Shown here: piece after piece, positions 48,137 to 59,700 of the stretch
Layout of the letters: each line of letters begins with the position of its first letter
Position numbering within the stretch: the first letter of the stretch is position 1
Assembly: GCF_000315625.1 (NCBI RefSeq)
Contig: NW_005434505.1
Span: 41,013 to 105,012, forward strand
Reading direction: 5' to 3'
Length of the DNA: 64,000 nucleotides
From: Guillardia theta CCMP2712
Taxonomy: Eukaryota > Protista > Cryptophyta
Made by a program: the position numbers and the translations under genes
The notes under the pieces: model-generated
Seen by the model: the letters and a program-made list of their open reading frames with translations, nothing else
What the model was told of the DNA's origin: nothing
Databases searched by the model: none

Positions 48137-51100
48137 CAGTTTTAAGGCTGGTGAGTATGGCAGAAACGAAAGCTGAAAATTGCGTTGACTCCATGAAGAC
48201 ATCTCGAATATTGAAAACATACATGTCAGGGCGCTGGTTTTGAACCTCGTGGTGTGCACTGCCAGCCATGTCGAACAAAATGTAACGTGATCAAGATATG
48301 AAATATCATCGAGAGCTTGCAGAACTTGCTCGGGAGGGTAAACTCACATCCTTCGATGCTTCCATGGCAGACCTGCTCTGTGATTCGGACGAGCATGGTT
48401 GGCTGCAGGATGACCTGCAAGGCTGCAGCATTCGTGGGCCTGGGTTCTCTTTGGACGGCTCCAGCATAGTTCACTGGGAGGTGGCAGTTCGTGGTATTGG
48501 AGGCGAAGTCTACAGCGCGTGCCTGGTAGGAGGAAGCGATTCTCAAGGTCGCCCCGATCGACTGCAAGCCGCTGCGGAGTGTGAGAGTGAAGACCTGGTG
48601 AAGGCTCTGATCGATTGCTCTCTTGCCAGCAACGGCTTCGCACAGGAGTTCTCTTCCTCTTCGTCCTCCGCAGCCCGCGAATACGAGAGAAGTTTAGACC
48701 TGGACCTGGTAAGGGTTGTGCTGCCTTCCGCCTATCTCAAGCGTGACTTGCCGTTGTTAGATTGTGAATCATAGCTGTCCTGAGGCTTGTGACATCCTTG
48801 CAGACCTCCGCGACTTCTTGCACAAGATGCAAGCTTTGTCCTCTACCACGACAACTGCACATCATGATCTTTCTTCGCAGAATCAGACAACTGCCTCACC
48901 CGAGGGAAAGCAGACAGGAGCAGGAGATAAGCTTTCCAGAAGTCTTGTAGACGAGGAACGAGGTCTGGTTAAGGTGAACGAAGGCTTGCCAAAACTTCAT
49001 CGAGTCAATGGCTCGTCGCGCTCAGCGCAAGGGAGTCGAACTCATGCAGGAACAGAATCATCCGATCAGAATGCAAACAGCATTCTATGCACATCCATCA
49101 CATCGCTGACAGTATCATCAATCCAGGGGCTTCAAGGGGAGGAGATGCAGGACTACAAGAGTGAAAAGTTCGACATACTTGAGGAGGAAGTCCAGCTAGT
49201 TCTGAAAGACCTCACGCTCAAGTTGTTGGACATTGATCGGCTTATTTCTGTACGAGAGTTGGGAGAATTGATCCATGAAGATGAGAACAAAAGATTGCAG
49301 ACTAGACGTGACATTCTTCGAGATTGTTCAATACTTGTGCTACTCGTACAACCAACTTGGTTGTCCACTCCTTTTGTTTCGCAGGTTTTTGATCTACTCT
49401 GTGTCAATCGAGCAGTTTTTATTGTCTCCTTATCCAAAGACCCCGTCGACAAGATAGATCTCGAGATAAACAATCAAAATCTACAAATTTTTGACAGCAG
49501 GGGCCCATCCATTGAACGGCTTGTCCATCTGATCAAAGCAAGAACTTCTCCAGGCCGTGAAGAACACGGAGCAGATATCGTCACCATAATTTACAGGTAG
49601 AGGCTTTATCTGGTTTTTTTCCTCACGACATTGGCAGTTGGAAGAACTCTTTGGATGCATACGAGCAAGGAAGCATACCCTCCTTGAATTCTTGTAGAAA
49701 TTCTTTCGAAGATCCCCGTATGATTCAATACCAGCTTCAAAGATACTTTGATGGCATTAATGGCTTTCACTGTTGGATTGATATTGAACATGGCAGTGAC
49801 TTGATGAGATTTGGGAGACTCTCGTCGCATTTGAGGGCTCAATACAAGTCAAAATGCGTTATCGTTGCTGCAAGTGACGATTTATTGGCTGATAGCGAAA
49901 ATTTCCTCAGGGAATTCATGCTTGAGTCTGGTTTCCATCTTTCAATTCCCGTTGTCGTTGTTCAGCTTGGTGAACTCCAACCTGCAAACAAATCTCTGTA
50001 TGATAGCGACTTACAAAGGCTGTTGCTTGCTCACAAGTCAATCCGATTCTCAGGTATTGAGGAAAAAGGGACATTCGAAATGCGTGTTCACCAATTGGCA
50101 CGATTGGTAGAAAAAGAGATAAGGATGCAGTCTTGCATCGAGAATAGCGTGCCTTTGATTCCCCGACCTCTCATTGTTCATCACACTGGACAGAATTCAA
50201 GCAATGACGCCAGGAACTCTCACTTTGAAAGCTTCTCATTTCTGCGCAACGCAAGGATGAGAATTATGAACAGATTTCTGCGAGTGACAAAGGTCTGTCG
50301 TCATGGTGACATGCACCTTGTTCCAGGAGATCTTTGCGCGTTTGTTGGTTTTGAGCAGGAAGCTCTTGCAGTGGAAGCATACAACCCACCGTCATCCAGA
50401 GTCAGAGATCAGTTGCAGTTGATCAAGGGAGAACGGATCAAGCTCCTCCACAAAATTCCTCTGGAAGTCGAGGACGGATTATGGTATGAAGGACAAAATA
50501 AAAAAGGTAGAAAAGGACTGGTGCCTTCAAGTCATCTTCAAGTTTTGAGCGCTGGAAACAAGATCTGGGTGTGCGATTCTGTGCATCAGGTTGGATTGTT
50601 TGACCATGAGAACTTTGAGAACAGCTTCGATGAAAGCCATTTCAAATCGGAGATGAGTGCTGAAGATGCAAGCCGAGCTAGCAGTTTCAACGAGCTTGTG
50701 AACAAGTATGGTGAATTCTTCCAGTCGGTGTTGGCAAAAGCTTTGGACATTCAAGTTGTTGACTCAGCTGCCCATAAGGTGCTAATGTTGACACAAGAAT
50801 GCAAGCTAGAAGACTTCCAGGAGCTGACGCGAGACATGGAGTCGACGACCGTCCTATCAAGGGATGAAAAGCAAGAAGCTTTGGACGAGGCAAGGAAGAG
50901 CTTGCTTTCATGGTATGAGAGAGTTATTCTTGAGACGATTGAAAGGATCAAGATGAAACGAACCACTATGGATTACGATATGAAGATGCTCAAGATTCTG
51001 GATGTGACATTGAAAGATGTTTTTCTCAAAGGAAAGAGGCACTTGATTCCTCTCTCTTCCTTCATCGAGAATGATCATTGTGTTTACAATCGGATCAGCC

Positions 51101-51837
51101 TCGTTGACTTGATTCAGCAAGTGCGCCAAGCTTTGCTGGTGGAATACCCAGTTGACCTGCAGAACGCTCGCGATGGCGAATTTCTGGATACAGAAGAAGA
51201 CTGGCAGAGTCTGTTTGACAAGGTTGTGAGTGACTGGCATGGCGAGAATCAATTTAGCGGGACTCTCGTGCTCTACGTCATTCCCAAGCAGCAAAGGACT
51301 CATCACTTGATGGGCGTACCCCGACATGTCGACATGCATCACCATCATGATGAAGTTCAACTGATCTGCTCGACAGTGATTTTAGAACGCACTCTCCCAG
51401 GCACCGCGAGACGAGACATAGACTTGCAGCCGTTGAAAGATGTCATCGCGACATGTCAGAGCCATACAGTTGCTGTCTCAGGCATCAGAACCTCCATGGC
51501 ATGGTCCCTCGTTCGACAGCTCCTCTGCAACATGTTTGGCTGCTGTGTGCTGTTGGAATACACCCCCTTTGACATTGCTGGAAACCTGGAGAAACAAGGA
51601 AAGGATGGACAGGGGAAGGGAAAAGTGCGGAAGCCACCCAAGAGCAGCAGGGGGCTAGCGAGCAAACACTCGTCAACCAAGACGATCCGGTCAGAAGCCG
51701 AGTGGAGAGAAGCGATCTCGCGGGTGGTGATAGACTCCAAGACTTACAACATCCTTGGCAGAAAGTTCTGCGTGGACTTGCTCCTTGATGCAGTACAGGA
51801 CCTGAAGCCTCATACTAGTAGAACTTGCGCCTGCTGA
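48130..51837 (+). CDS. Multidomain signalling protein: UBC-like, two TIR-like domains, SH3 and PB1-like segments
   Basis: Three consecutive ORFs (48298, 48764, 49651) joinable by short introns. The SH3 is clear (AVEAYNP...QLQLIKGERIKLL...WYEGQNKKGRKGLVPSSHLQVL). The other domains are called from motif resemblance only. Confidence 0.7.
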
Positions 51838-52283
51838 TGGTCAACTGTGAAGTACTATTCAGAAATAAAATTTCAACAGTTGACGTGTGGCTCGGCCAGA
51901 CAATCTCACTGTCTACTCAAAGTTAAGAACGAGGACAATCAGGAGAGTCCGTCGAGCCTCCGGTCACCAGTACCTGCAATGCCGATCGGACGGCCGCGTG
52001 ACTCACGGCCCGTGCTGGTACTAAGGCTGCGGGACAGGCTGCGGGGCCAGCTGCGGGCAGTGGCTGCCGGGGGCTGGCCGGGGGCAGGGCCCGGCCGGCC
52101 AGCAGGGCGGCCAAGGAGACTGCAGAGGGGATGCAGGAGGGGATGTGGGCCGGGCTTGGGCTGCTGCTGGGGCTGGGACAGGGCCCGGGGGCTGGGATGT
52201 CAGTGTGGGATGCTGGTGGGATGTGGGCCATCGATTGTATGGGGCTATCAGTGCTTTGACAGCTGTCGCATCACCAACTTGAA

Positions 52284-54259
52284 ATGAGCGGCAGCGAAGA
52301 CGAAGAGTATGAGACGGGAAGGTGAGAAGAGAGATGGAGCGATGTCGGTAGTGTGAGGCTTGTTCTGCTTGAGATGAGTGGTCGACGTCTGCCTCCCAAA
52401 ATTTTCTCCCCTTCTGCTTTCAAACTTTCTCTTTTTTGGTTGTCATTTTCTCGATCCCGTGATGTCATGTTTTCAAACACAATTGATACTGTTCACTTCA
52501 GCGTTATGCTTCCAAATAAGATCGTCGCAGCAATTGATACTGAATGTCAATGATACAGGCCAGTGGTGATAGACAATGGCAGTGGAAGAATCAAAGCTGG
52601 TTTTGCTGATGATGAGGTACCTCACAACCTACTAGCTTCACTACAGGTTAATTTGCGCAACAGGCTCCTCGGTGTGTCTTTCCATCCGTTGTAGGACGTC
52701 CAAAGCAGAAGGGTGTCATGGTGGGAGCAGGACAACGGGACTGTTATGTTGGCGATGATGCGCAGGCAAAGAGAGGAATCCTGAAGCTGAATTACCCCAT
52801 TCAGCACGGTAAAACATCTAGCGAACCTCATAGCAGATGCATCGCTTGACTCGTTTGCAGGAGTTGTGACCAACTGGGACGACATGGAGAAGATCTGGCA
52901 TCACACTATTTTCAATGGTGACCGGCGAGCGTGTGAATGATTCATGTGCATGATTGACGTTCGTACAGAGCTTCGAGTTATACCGGAAGAACATCCTGTC
53001 CTATTGACGGAGGCTCCTCTGAATCCCAAAGCCAACAGAGAGAAGCTGTGTGAGATTTTCTTCGAAGTTTTCAACTGCCCTGTAAGCAGTAACTCCTCTG
53101 TCCTTCTGCTCATGATGACCTAACCGCAGGCCTTCTACGTCGCAGTGCAAGCAGTAATGTCTTTGTATTCCTCGGGAAGAACAACAGGAATAGTGCTGGA
53201 TGCTGGTGACCAAGCTGTAGTTTTGATTCCTTCGCTTGACTGACGTCAACAACAGGTGATGGAGTTTCACATACTGTACCAATCTATGAAGGCTATGCTC
53301 TTCCTCATGCCATTCTCCGTCTGGATTTGGCTGGTCGTGATCTGACGGAATACATGTGCAAACTTTTGACGGAAAGGTGACCAATCATTCTTGAAACGCC
53401 TTGCTAGCAAATTCAATCCGTTTGAAGGGGATATTCTTTCTCGACATCTGCAGAGCAAGAGATTGCTCGCGATATCAAAGAAAAACTCTGTATGAAGATC
53501 TTGTACATTTGTAGTTCAAAATGTGTAACCCTCAGTAGGCTTTGTAGCGCTGGACTTTGATGAAGCCATGAAGAAAGCCGCTGAATCCAATGACCTGGAG
53601 AAATCTTACGAAATGCCAGATGGACAGGTAACACTCAACCAGAAGTTTCGACCAGCTGTTGAAACATGACAGGTCATCGCAATTGGGAATGAGCGATTCC
53701 GTTGCCCTGAAGCCCTTTTCAAACCCTCTCTCATCGGGCTGGAGAACCCAGGCGTCCATGAGATGACGTACAACAGGTTGTCTGTCTCACGAATTAGGCA
53801 ATTCAACCTCACGCGTCCTCAGCATCATGAAGTGTGATGTCGATATCCGTAAGGTAGGTTCCGCTGACACCTGTTCTTTGCTGTATTTCAGCTGCTGACC
53901 GACACATTACTTAGGACCTGTATTCCAATATCATCATATCTGGAGGAACAACCATGTATGAAGGACTTCCAGAACGATTGCAGAAGGAGATCACTGCCCT
54001 TGCCCCACCTACAATGAAAATCAAAGTCATCGCGGGAGCGGAGGTGAATGCTTTCCATATTGCTCACAGGACACTAAAAGTCTCCCAGCGCCAGTTCTCT
54101 GTGTTCTGCGGTGCAGCTATCCTGGCCTCGCTTACCACGTAAGGCACTTCTCTTTAATTCTAGGATACGTAACGCGTGAAAAGTTTCCAAGATATGTGGA
54201 TTTCGGTAGATGATTACAAGAACTTTGGTAAGACCATCGTTCATCGCAAGTGCTTTTAA
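52284..54259 (+). CDS. Divergent actin (13 introns)
   Basis: [77 protein letters not shown] and IVHRKCF followed by a stop. Confidence 0.95.
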
Positions 54260-54462
54260 TAGACAAGGTAAGAAAGAGTGTCAGCCGAATGTTATAGCTG
54301 CGCTAATAAAAATTTGCAACTGAAGCAATTGACCTGCGAATTACCGAAAGCCTACATCATCGATGTTTGCTTGCTACACCACCACAAGCTAGACAAAAAG
54401 CCCAGTTCTATGCTGAATCACAAAAGTGACGCACACGTAGATCAATCTCCGTGTAAGTAAAT

Positions 54463-55201
54463 TCACATAGGAAATCCTCCTGTTGAAAACCTGACCGACA
54501 AATGTCATAACGAAGCGAAACGAGGACGAGACTCACTCTTCTGGGTACTTGACCTTCACTGTTGTCAACCAATCACCTGCAGAGGTTGGCAGCAGACCCA
54601 TCGAACCGAATCTGATGAAACACTTATTTTCCCTGCCAGTCATTCTAAAGTTCAAACCTGTTCGTAATATATAGCAGCACTCCAAGTTGGCACGCAATGA
54701 AAACGAGCTTGTGGATGAGCAAATCAACGCGCAATTCCTTCGCAGTCTCTTCAATAGCCTTGAAAGCTGCAGGCATGCTTTTATCGGAGTTAAGTCATAA
54801 GAGCATGAGTACCAGGTCCAATAGACATCAACCCACGAATGGGGCCCATCAGCTGGTAAAAAGTGAAGATTATGTTCATGATATGAACACCGGAGCCCAT
54901 CATCCACATCATAAAGGCTGATCAAGCGTGAGTTGAAAAAATGTGAAAACAAACCTTTGAAACCCACACCTGTCATCATGAACTGCTTTCCTGGTTGCAA
55001 GGCGACGTCCCATGCTCGTTTCTCGATGAACTCTCGTTTCTTCTCAATCGTGATCACCTTTTTAACCTGTGCTGAGTCCTCACGGGGTTCTAATTGTCCT
55101 GTCGGCTCGATAGCTCCCGACACCGTAAGCGCGTTGCGCTCACTACGGGGGAGACCATCGACTCCGAAGACCCAACGACGACTTGGGAAATTCGGCGCCA
55201 T
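54463..55201 (-). CDS. EMC4: ER membrane protein complex subunit 4
   Basis: KRAWDVALQPGKQFMMT/AFMMWMMGSGVHI and MGLLPTSAGDWL are DUF1077/EMC4 motifs. Confidence 0.88.
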
Positions 55202-55831
55202 GGAAGGTCTGAGGAACAAAGAAGTCAAAGCTTGTTGATTTGTCTATCAGTCAAAGATCAGTGTGAGAGAACGGGCACATCAACATATTGGCGCTAGCTG
55301 TTCAAGGACTCATTGCATCTCATCAGAACAAAACAGATCGAGGCTGCACAAGAGCAGATGAAAGTAAGGGGCATGAATCGCAGGAAGAGAATAAGCGAGA
55401 AGGCACAAGACAACATGAAGCAGTGCAGGGCAGCTTGTGCCCCCCCTCTCTCCTCACTGGCTGCTCTCTACTTCCCTCCTCCCTCCATCGCTTCTGTCCA
55501 TTCTCGCACGCAGCCTTGCTACACGTTACATCATAGTTTCACTACTGTAACCGACCGGCAGGGAAGGACCGGGGCCCGGGCGCGGCCATTGGCTTTTTTT
55601 TTATTTAGGGGCCCAAGGTTGACTGAAAATATTTTTTCTAGAAGTTGACTGGAACGATTTGACACAACGACCGCCAGCACCAGGGAAAGGATAATGGAGG
55701 GAGCAACGCGGAGCGATGAGAGGAGCCTCGAAATCTGCATGGTTGACTGATCGCTGCCAATGACCTTAGGGCAGTGTCCCTTGAGTCTCGTGGTGAGAAC
55801 TTGAAGCTTCAAGCCTGCTCGAAAACAAGGT

Positions 55832-56640
55832 TTGAACCGTCACGGTAGCGCTGACATCTTCAAAGCATCCTTCCAACTTGATCGTCAGTGGTCTCGAGCT
55901 TGGCGCAGGCCGTTCAAGAGAGGATACCATTCAATGTCCGAAGAGAAAGAGACTGGCAGTGGGTCCACTGAAGATCGGCCACGCCCCGCCACGCCGGATG
56001 GGTCTACACCGAACAAGTTCATACAAATATCAGATCGCTTGTTGTCAGCATTGATAAGATTTGTTCTTGCGGTCACTCGGTCCTTTTTGAGTTTGATTGG
56101 ATGGCGAAAAAATCAAGAGGATCGGAACAAAGAAGCAACATGCAAGGCTGCTCAGTCCAAAACTCTTGACTCTGACCAAGAGGCAGGCCCAATTTTCGAT
56201 CGGATGGCCCCAAGCACCAAATCAAACAGTTTGAGTGGCAGGGAAGAAGGTGTCTCAACAGCATCTACTCAAAGCGCTTGTGCCACAGGAAAAAAGAAAT
56301 CCATATCAAACTTTGAGCTCAGGCGGCTAAACCTCCGCTGCAAGATCTTGGAAAACCCCAACGAAGCGTCAGTTTGTAGCTGCTGGCGGTGTGTGAAGCG
56401 CATGAAGTCTGAGCTCTTCTCTTCATTCGAGTTTGCTAAATCTCAGGGTCATATAGTTGTGACATCGGAGGGTCAATCTATGTTTCAGCAGGAGCGTAAG
56501 AAGCGTCACTCTCTAACTTGATGTCTAGCTGTGTGCTCTGCAAACAGCACCAGCTCGCGTGCTCCAAATGTCTCGTGTACAGTCCAAACTCTAAACAGTT
56601 CAAACGTCAGATCCAGAGCTCTTCCTGTCAACTTTGATCG
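55832..56640 (+). CDS. Hypothetical protein
   Basis: 229-aa ORF plus short downstream exons. Confidence 0.45.
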
Positions 56641-56749
56641 AGTTCAAGTGCTAATCGGCTTTTCCCTGTGACTTGTTTTCTAGCCTGACTTCTAAATCTA
56701 GTAAACTCTTCCAGCAAGTGAAGGGGACGCCTGATTCAGACCTGTTTGA

Positions 56750-59700
56750 ATTTACTTTCTAATGAGACATCGATCATCTCCTGCTTGTTATTGCCTTGTC
56801 GTTCTTGGATGGCACCGTTGATCTCAACCCTAACCTCATCTCCTTCTTTGCCACTGACGTCTCAACATCTTGAACGACTTTTCGGTTTGTTGTCTCTTTC
56901 ATCTTCGAATCAGCCTTGATGCCTTGCCCAGACGTTGCGAGAGGTTTCAAAGGTTCTGACGTCAAGTGAGGTCGATAGCATTCGTAGACATGAGATTACC
57001 TTCCACTTGAAGCATAGACTCCATAGTGGGAACAAGATGCCGCATGTTCTGTACCTACACACCCACGCACGTCATGACCCTCTCATCTCCAGCAGTCGTT
57101 ATTACCATTCTTTTGAGGTGTTCGGAGTTGAAGCCAAACTTCGACAGTGTCATCCAGACCTGAGCGAACTTGAGACCTCTGCAGCAAACATTTCTATGCA
57201 CCTTTCCCAGCGACACTTTTTCCCACCAATGTTGGATACGTTGAATGACCTCTGGCAACAAAGCGGCCATCCGCACTCGGAGATCACGAGCGGCGGAAGA
57301 CCCTTGGAGTATACCACTATGCGGGAAGTGAGCGCACAGAGAAAAGAAAGATACCTCCTACCGATAAGGAAACTTGCGGTTTAAAGCCTCCATCTCTCCT
57401 ATTGATAAGAGGTGATTGCCGTCTCCCAGAACAAGAATTGACTCCAGATCGAAGGCTTTGCACTCAGTCATCAATCGGAAGGCAGAGATCATCAAGAAGT
57501 CTATGATCTCAGGATCTTTCTGGCTGAAGTCCATTCTGCTCTGGTCAGAGCGAGATCTGCCGAACCAGTCTGCAAGCGAGGGAGCTGATCTCCTATTGGT
57601 GTAATCATGAAAGATCAAGAAGTGAGTTCCTCCCTCCTGCGATGTCTGTACAATCACATAGTTCTTGCTGCCATCAGTGCCCAACCAGTGAGCAGAAAGG
57701 TTTTTCCTTCTAAGCTTCCCATCCAGAAGGATTCTTCTAGCTTTCATGCTGTTGAGTCCAAATACAGGTTTCAAGGCATCGATCATGGTTTGAATTAGCC
57801 CAAACGTCGGATCTGATTCGACTTCTTTGATCACTACTTGTTCCCAACTGTCCTGCAAGCCACATGTCAATATGCGTTGGAAACTTTAGAGAAAAATTAC
57901 CGTTCCAGGCGACTCACAGAAATCAGCAAAGAAACAAACTCTTTCAGAAGGTGATTTTGGAGTGCAAGGCTGCAAATTCTTCAAGACTTGAGAGAATTCG
58001 ATCATTGCACCATTGAATAAAAACAGAGATTCGTCATCAAGTGGCGTATCGCGGTTCGAAGATTTCAAGTTCCACACGCCAGGTGATGGCGTTCCTCTTC
58101 CTCTATCTATCGAGGAGAATCGTAAGCCCTGCATGATCAACGAAATGCTCTCCGAGTCTGAAAGTGCATCAAGTGCTCCGCGCTGGTGCACGAGATGGGA
58201 CATGGATAGCTTGCCAAGCTGCCTACTCTTGTTTTGACTGTAAAAGGCTTGAGAAGTCCCTTCAGCTTCCATGTGATGATCTGGACTCTCACGTCTGGAG
58301 GGAAGATGAGAATAAAGGAGGGGACTATTCAAGGCGACTAATTGCGACTGAGATGACTTGAAGCTCTCCCATCCCGCTGTATTCTGTCTCGTATGCTCGA
58401 ACGCACGCGAATCCAACGGACTGTCAGGCGGCGAGTCCATGCCGTCCAACACCAGGCCATTCTCACCTACCACAATCAGTTGACTGTCGTAGAAAACCTT
58501 ACCACTCTGTGTGAATGAATATGTCAGGCAGACAACACGAGGTACAGGTATCACCTTTGACGGTTGATTGAGTTTCAAAACTTCGTCAATGGACTTGAGA
58601 GGAGCCCGAGAGAGAGAGATGTCAACCCCGGCGACGTTCTTGGGCACTTCAATTGTGTTCCATATAGGGCGATCGATGAGGGGGACTGAGATGGATCGAC
58701 CACGAGGAGTGTCGGAGGCTCCGTTCCTGTCATCAAGCAACTCATCCACGAGCTGTGACGTCCCGTACAAGTATTTCTCTCCTGTTTCCACCGACGCCAT
58801 CTGACTTTTTGATCGCCTGAGTTCGCTTATTCGCACTCGAGTTAACATCTCGACCACCTCCGGTGTATCCCAATCTTCCGGCTCCGTGTTCAGAAACTGA
58901 GCTCTCATTCCCTGTTTGGACAGCGCAAGTTTCTGCTCAGAGGACACAAACGGTTGAATTTCTGAAACATACTCTCGCTTGTATGGTTCAGGGACTTGAC
59001 CCCATTCGTCAAACGAGTCTGGAGCAAGAAACTTGGGTTTGTGTTTCTCTCTGAACAGAAAGTTTGGCGGCCTTCGCTCTCTCCTCGCCCACGGCGGCAC
59101 ATTTTTGCTGTTTAGCACGATCGAGAGGTTGCTGCTTTCCACCTCTTCTGACTGCTCCGAAGGTCTCATAGTGGGAGGAGGGAGCTTCGAAGAAAAATGA
59201 AATCCAGACGACTGAAAAGGTTGAATGGTTTGATTTTCATCGACAGAACCAGCATGATCAGAAGCACGTGAAGCAGCACTCGAAAGGATAGGGGAGAAGG
59301 CTTGCGACCCAGACAGGTTTGATGAGACTCTAGGTTGAGAATACTCTCGCATCTCATTCCATTTCCTCCCTCCAACTTTGATCAAACGTCTTGAGTCAAA
59401 TTCGTTGACTTCTCGCTTTTGAAGTACGCCATTATGCCTTGAAAACAAGTACAGGACTCCTTCGCTTGAGTTGTCTTCTGACTTCTCCTCGAAGCAAGTG
59501 TTGAACACTCCGTCCACCTGATACGGCCCAAGAAAGTTCAAATCGCCATAAAAGCCCTGAGCAAAAGCCTTGGCAGCGATGCTCTTCCAGATTTCCAATC
59601 CATACTTGGTTCTCATTTCAAGCAACTGATCGTTTCCTGTCTCTCTTTCAACATCTTCTGTCGCTACAGTCTCGACCAGCAGAGGCTCCTCCGCTTCTTC

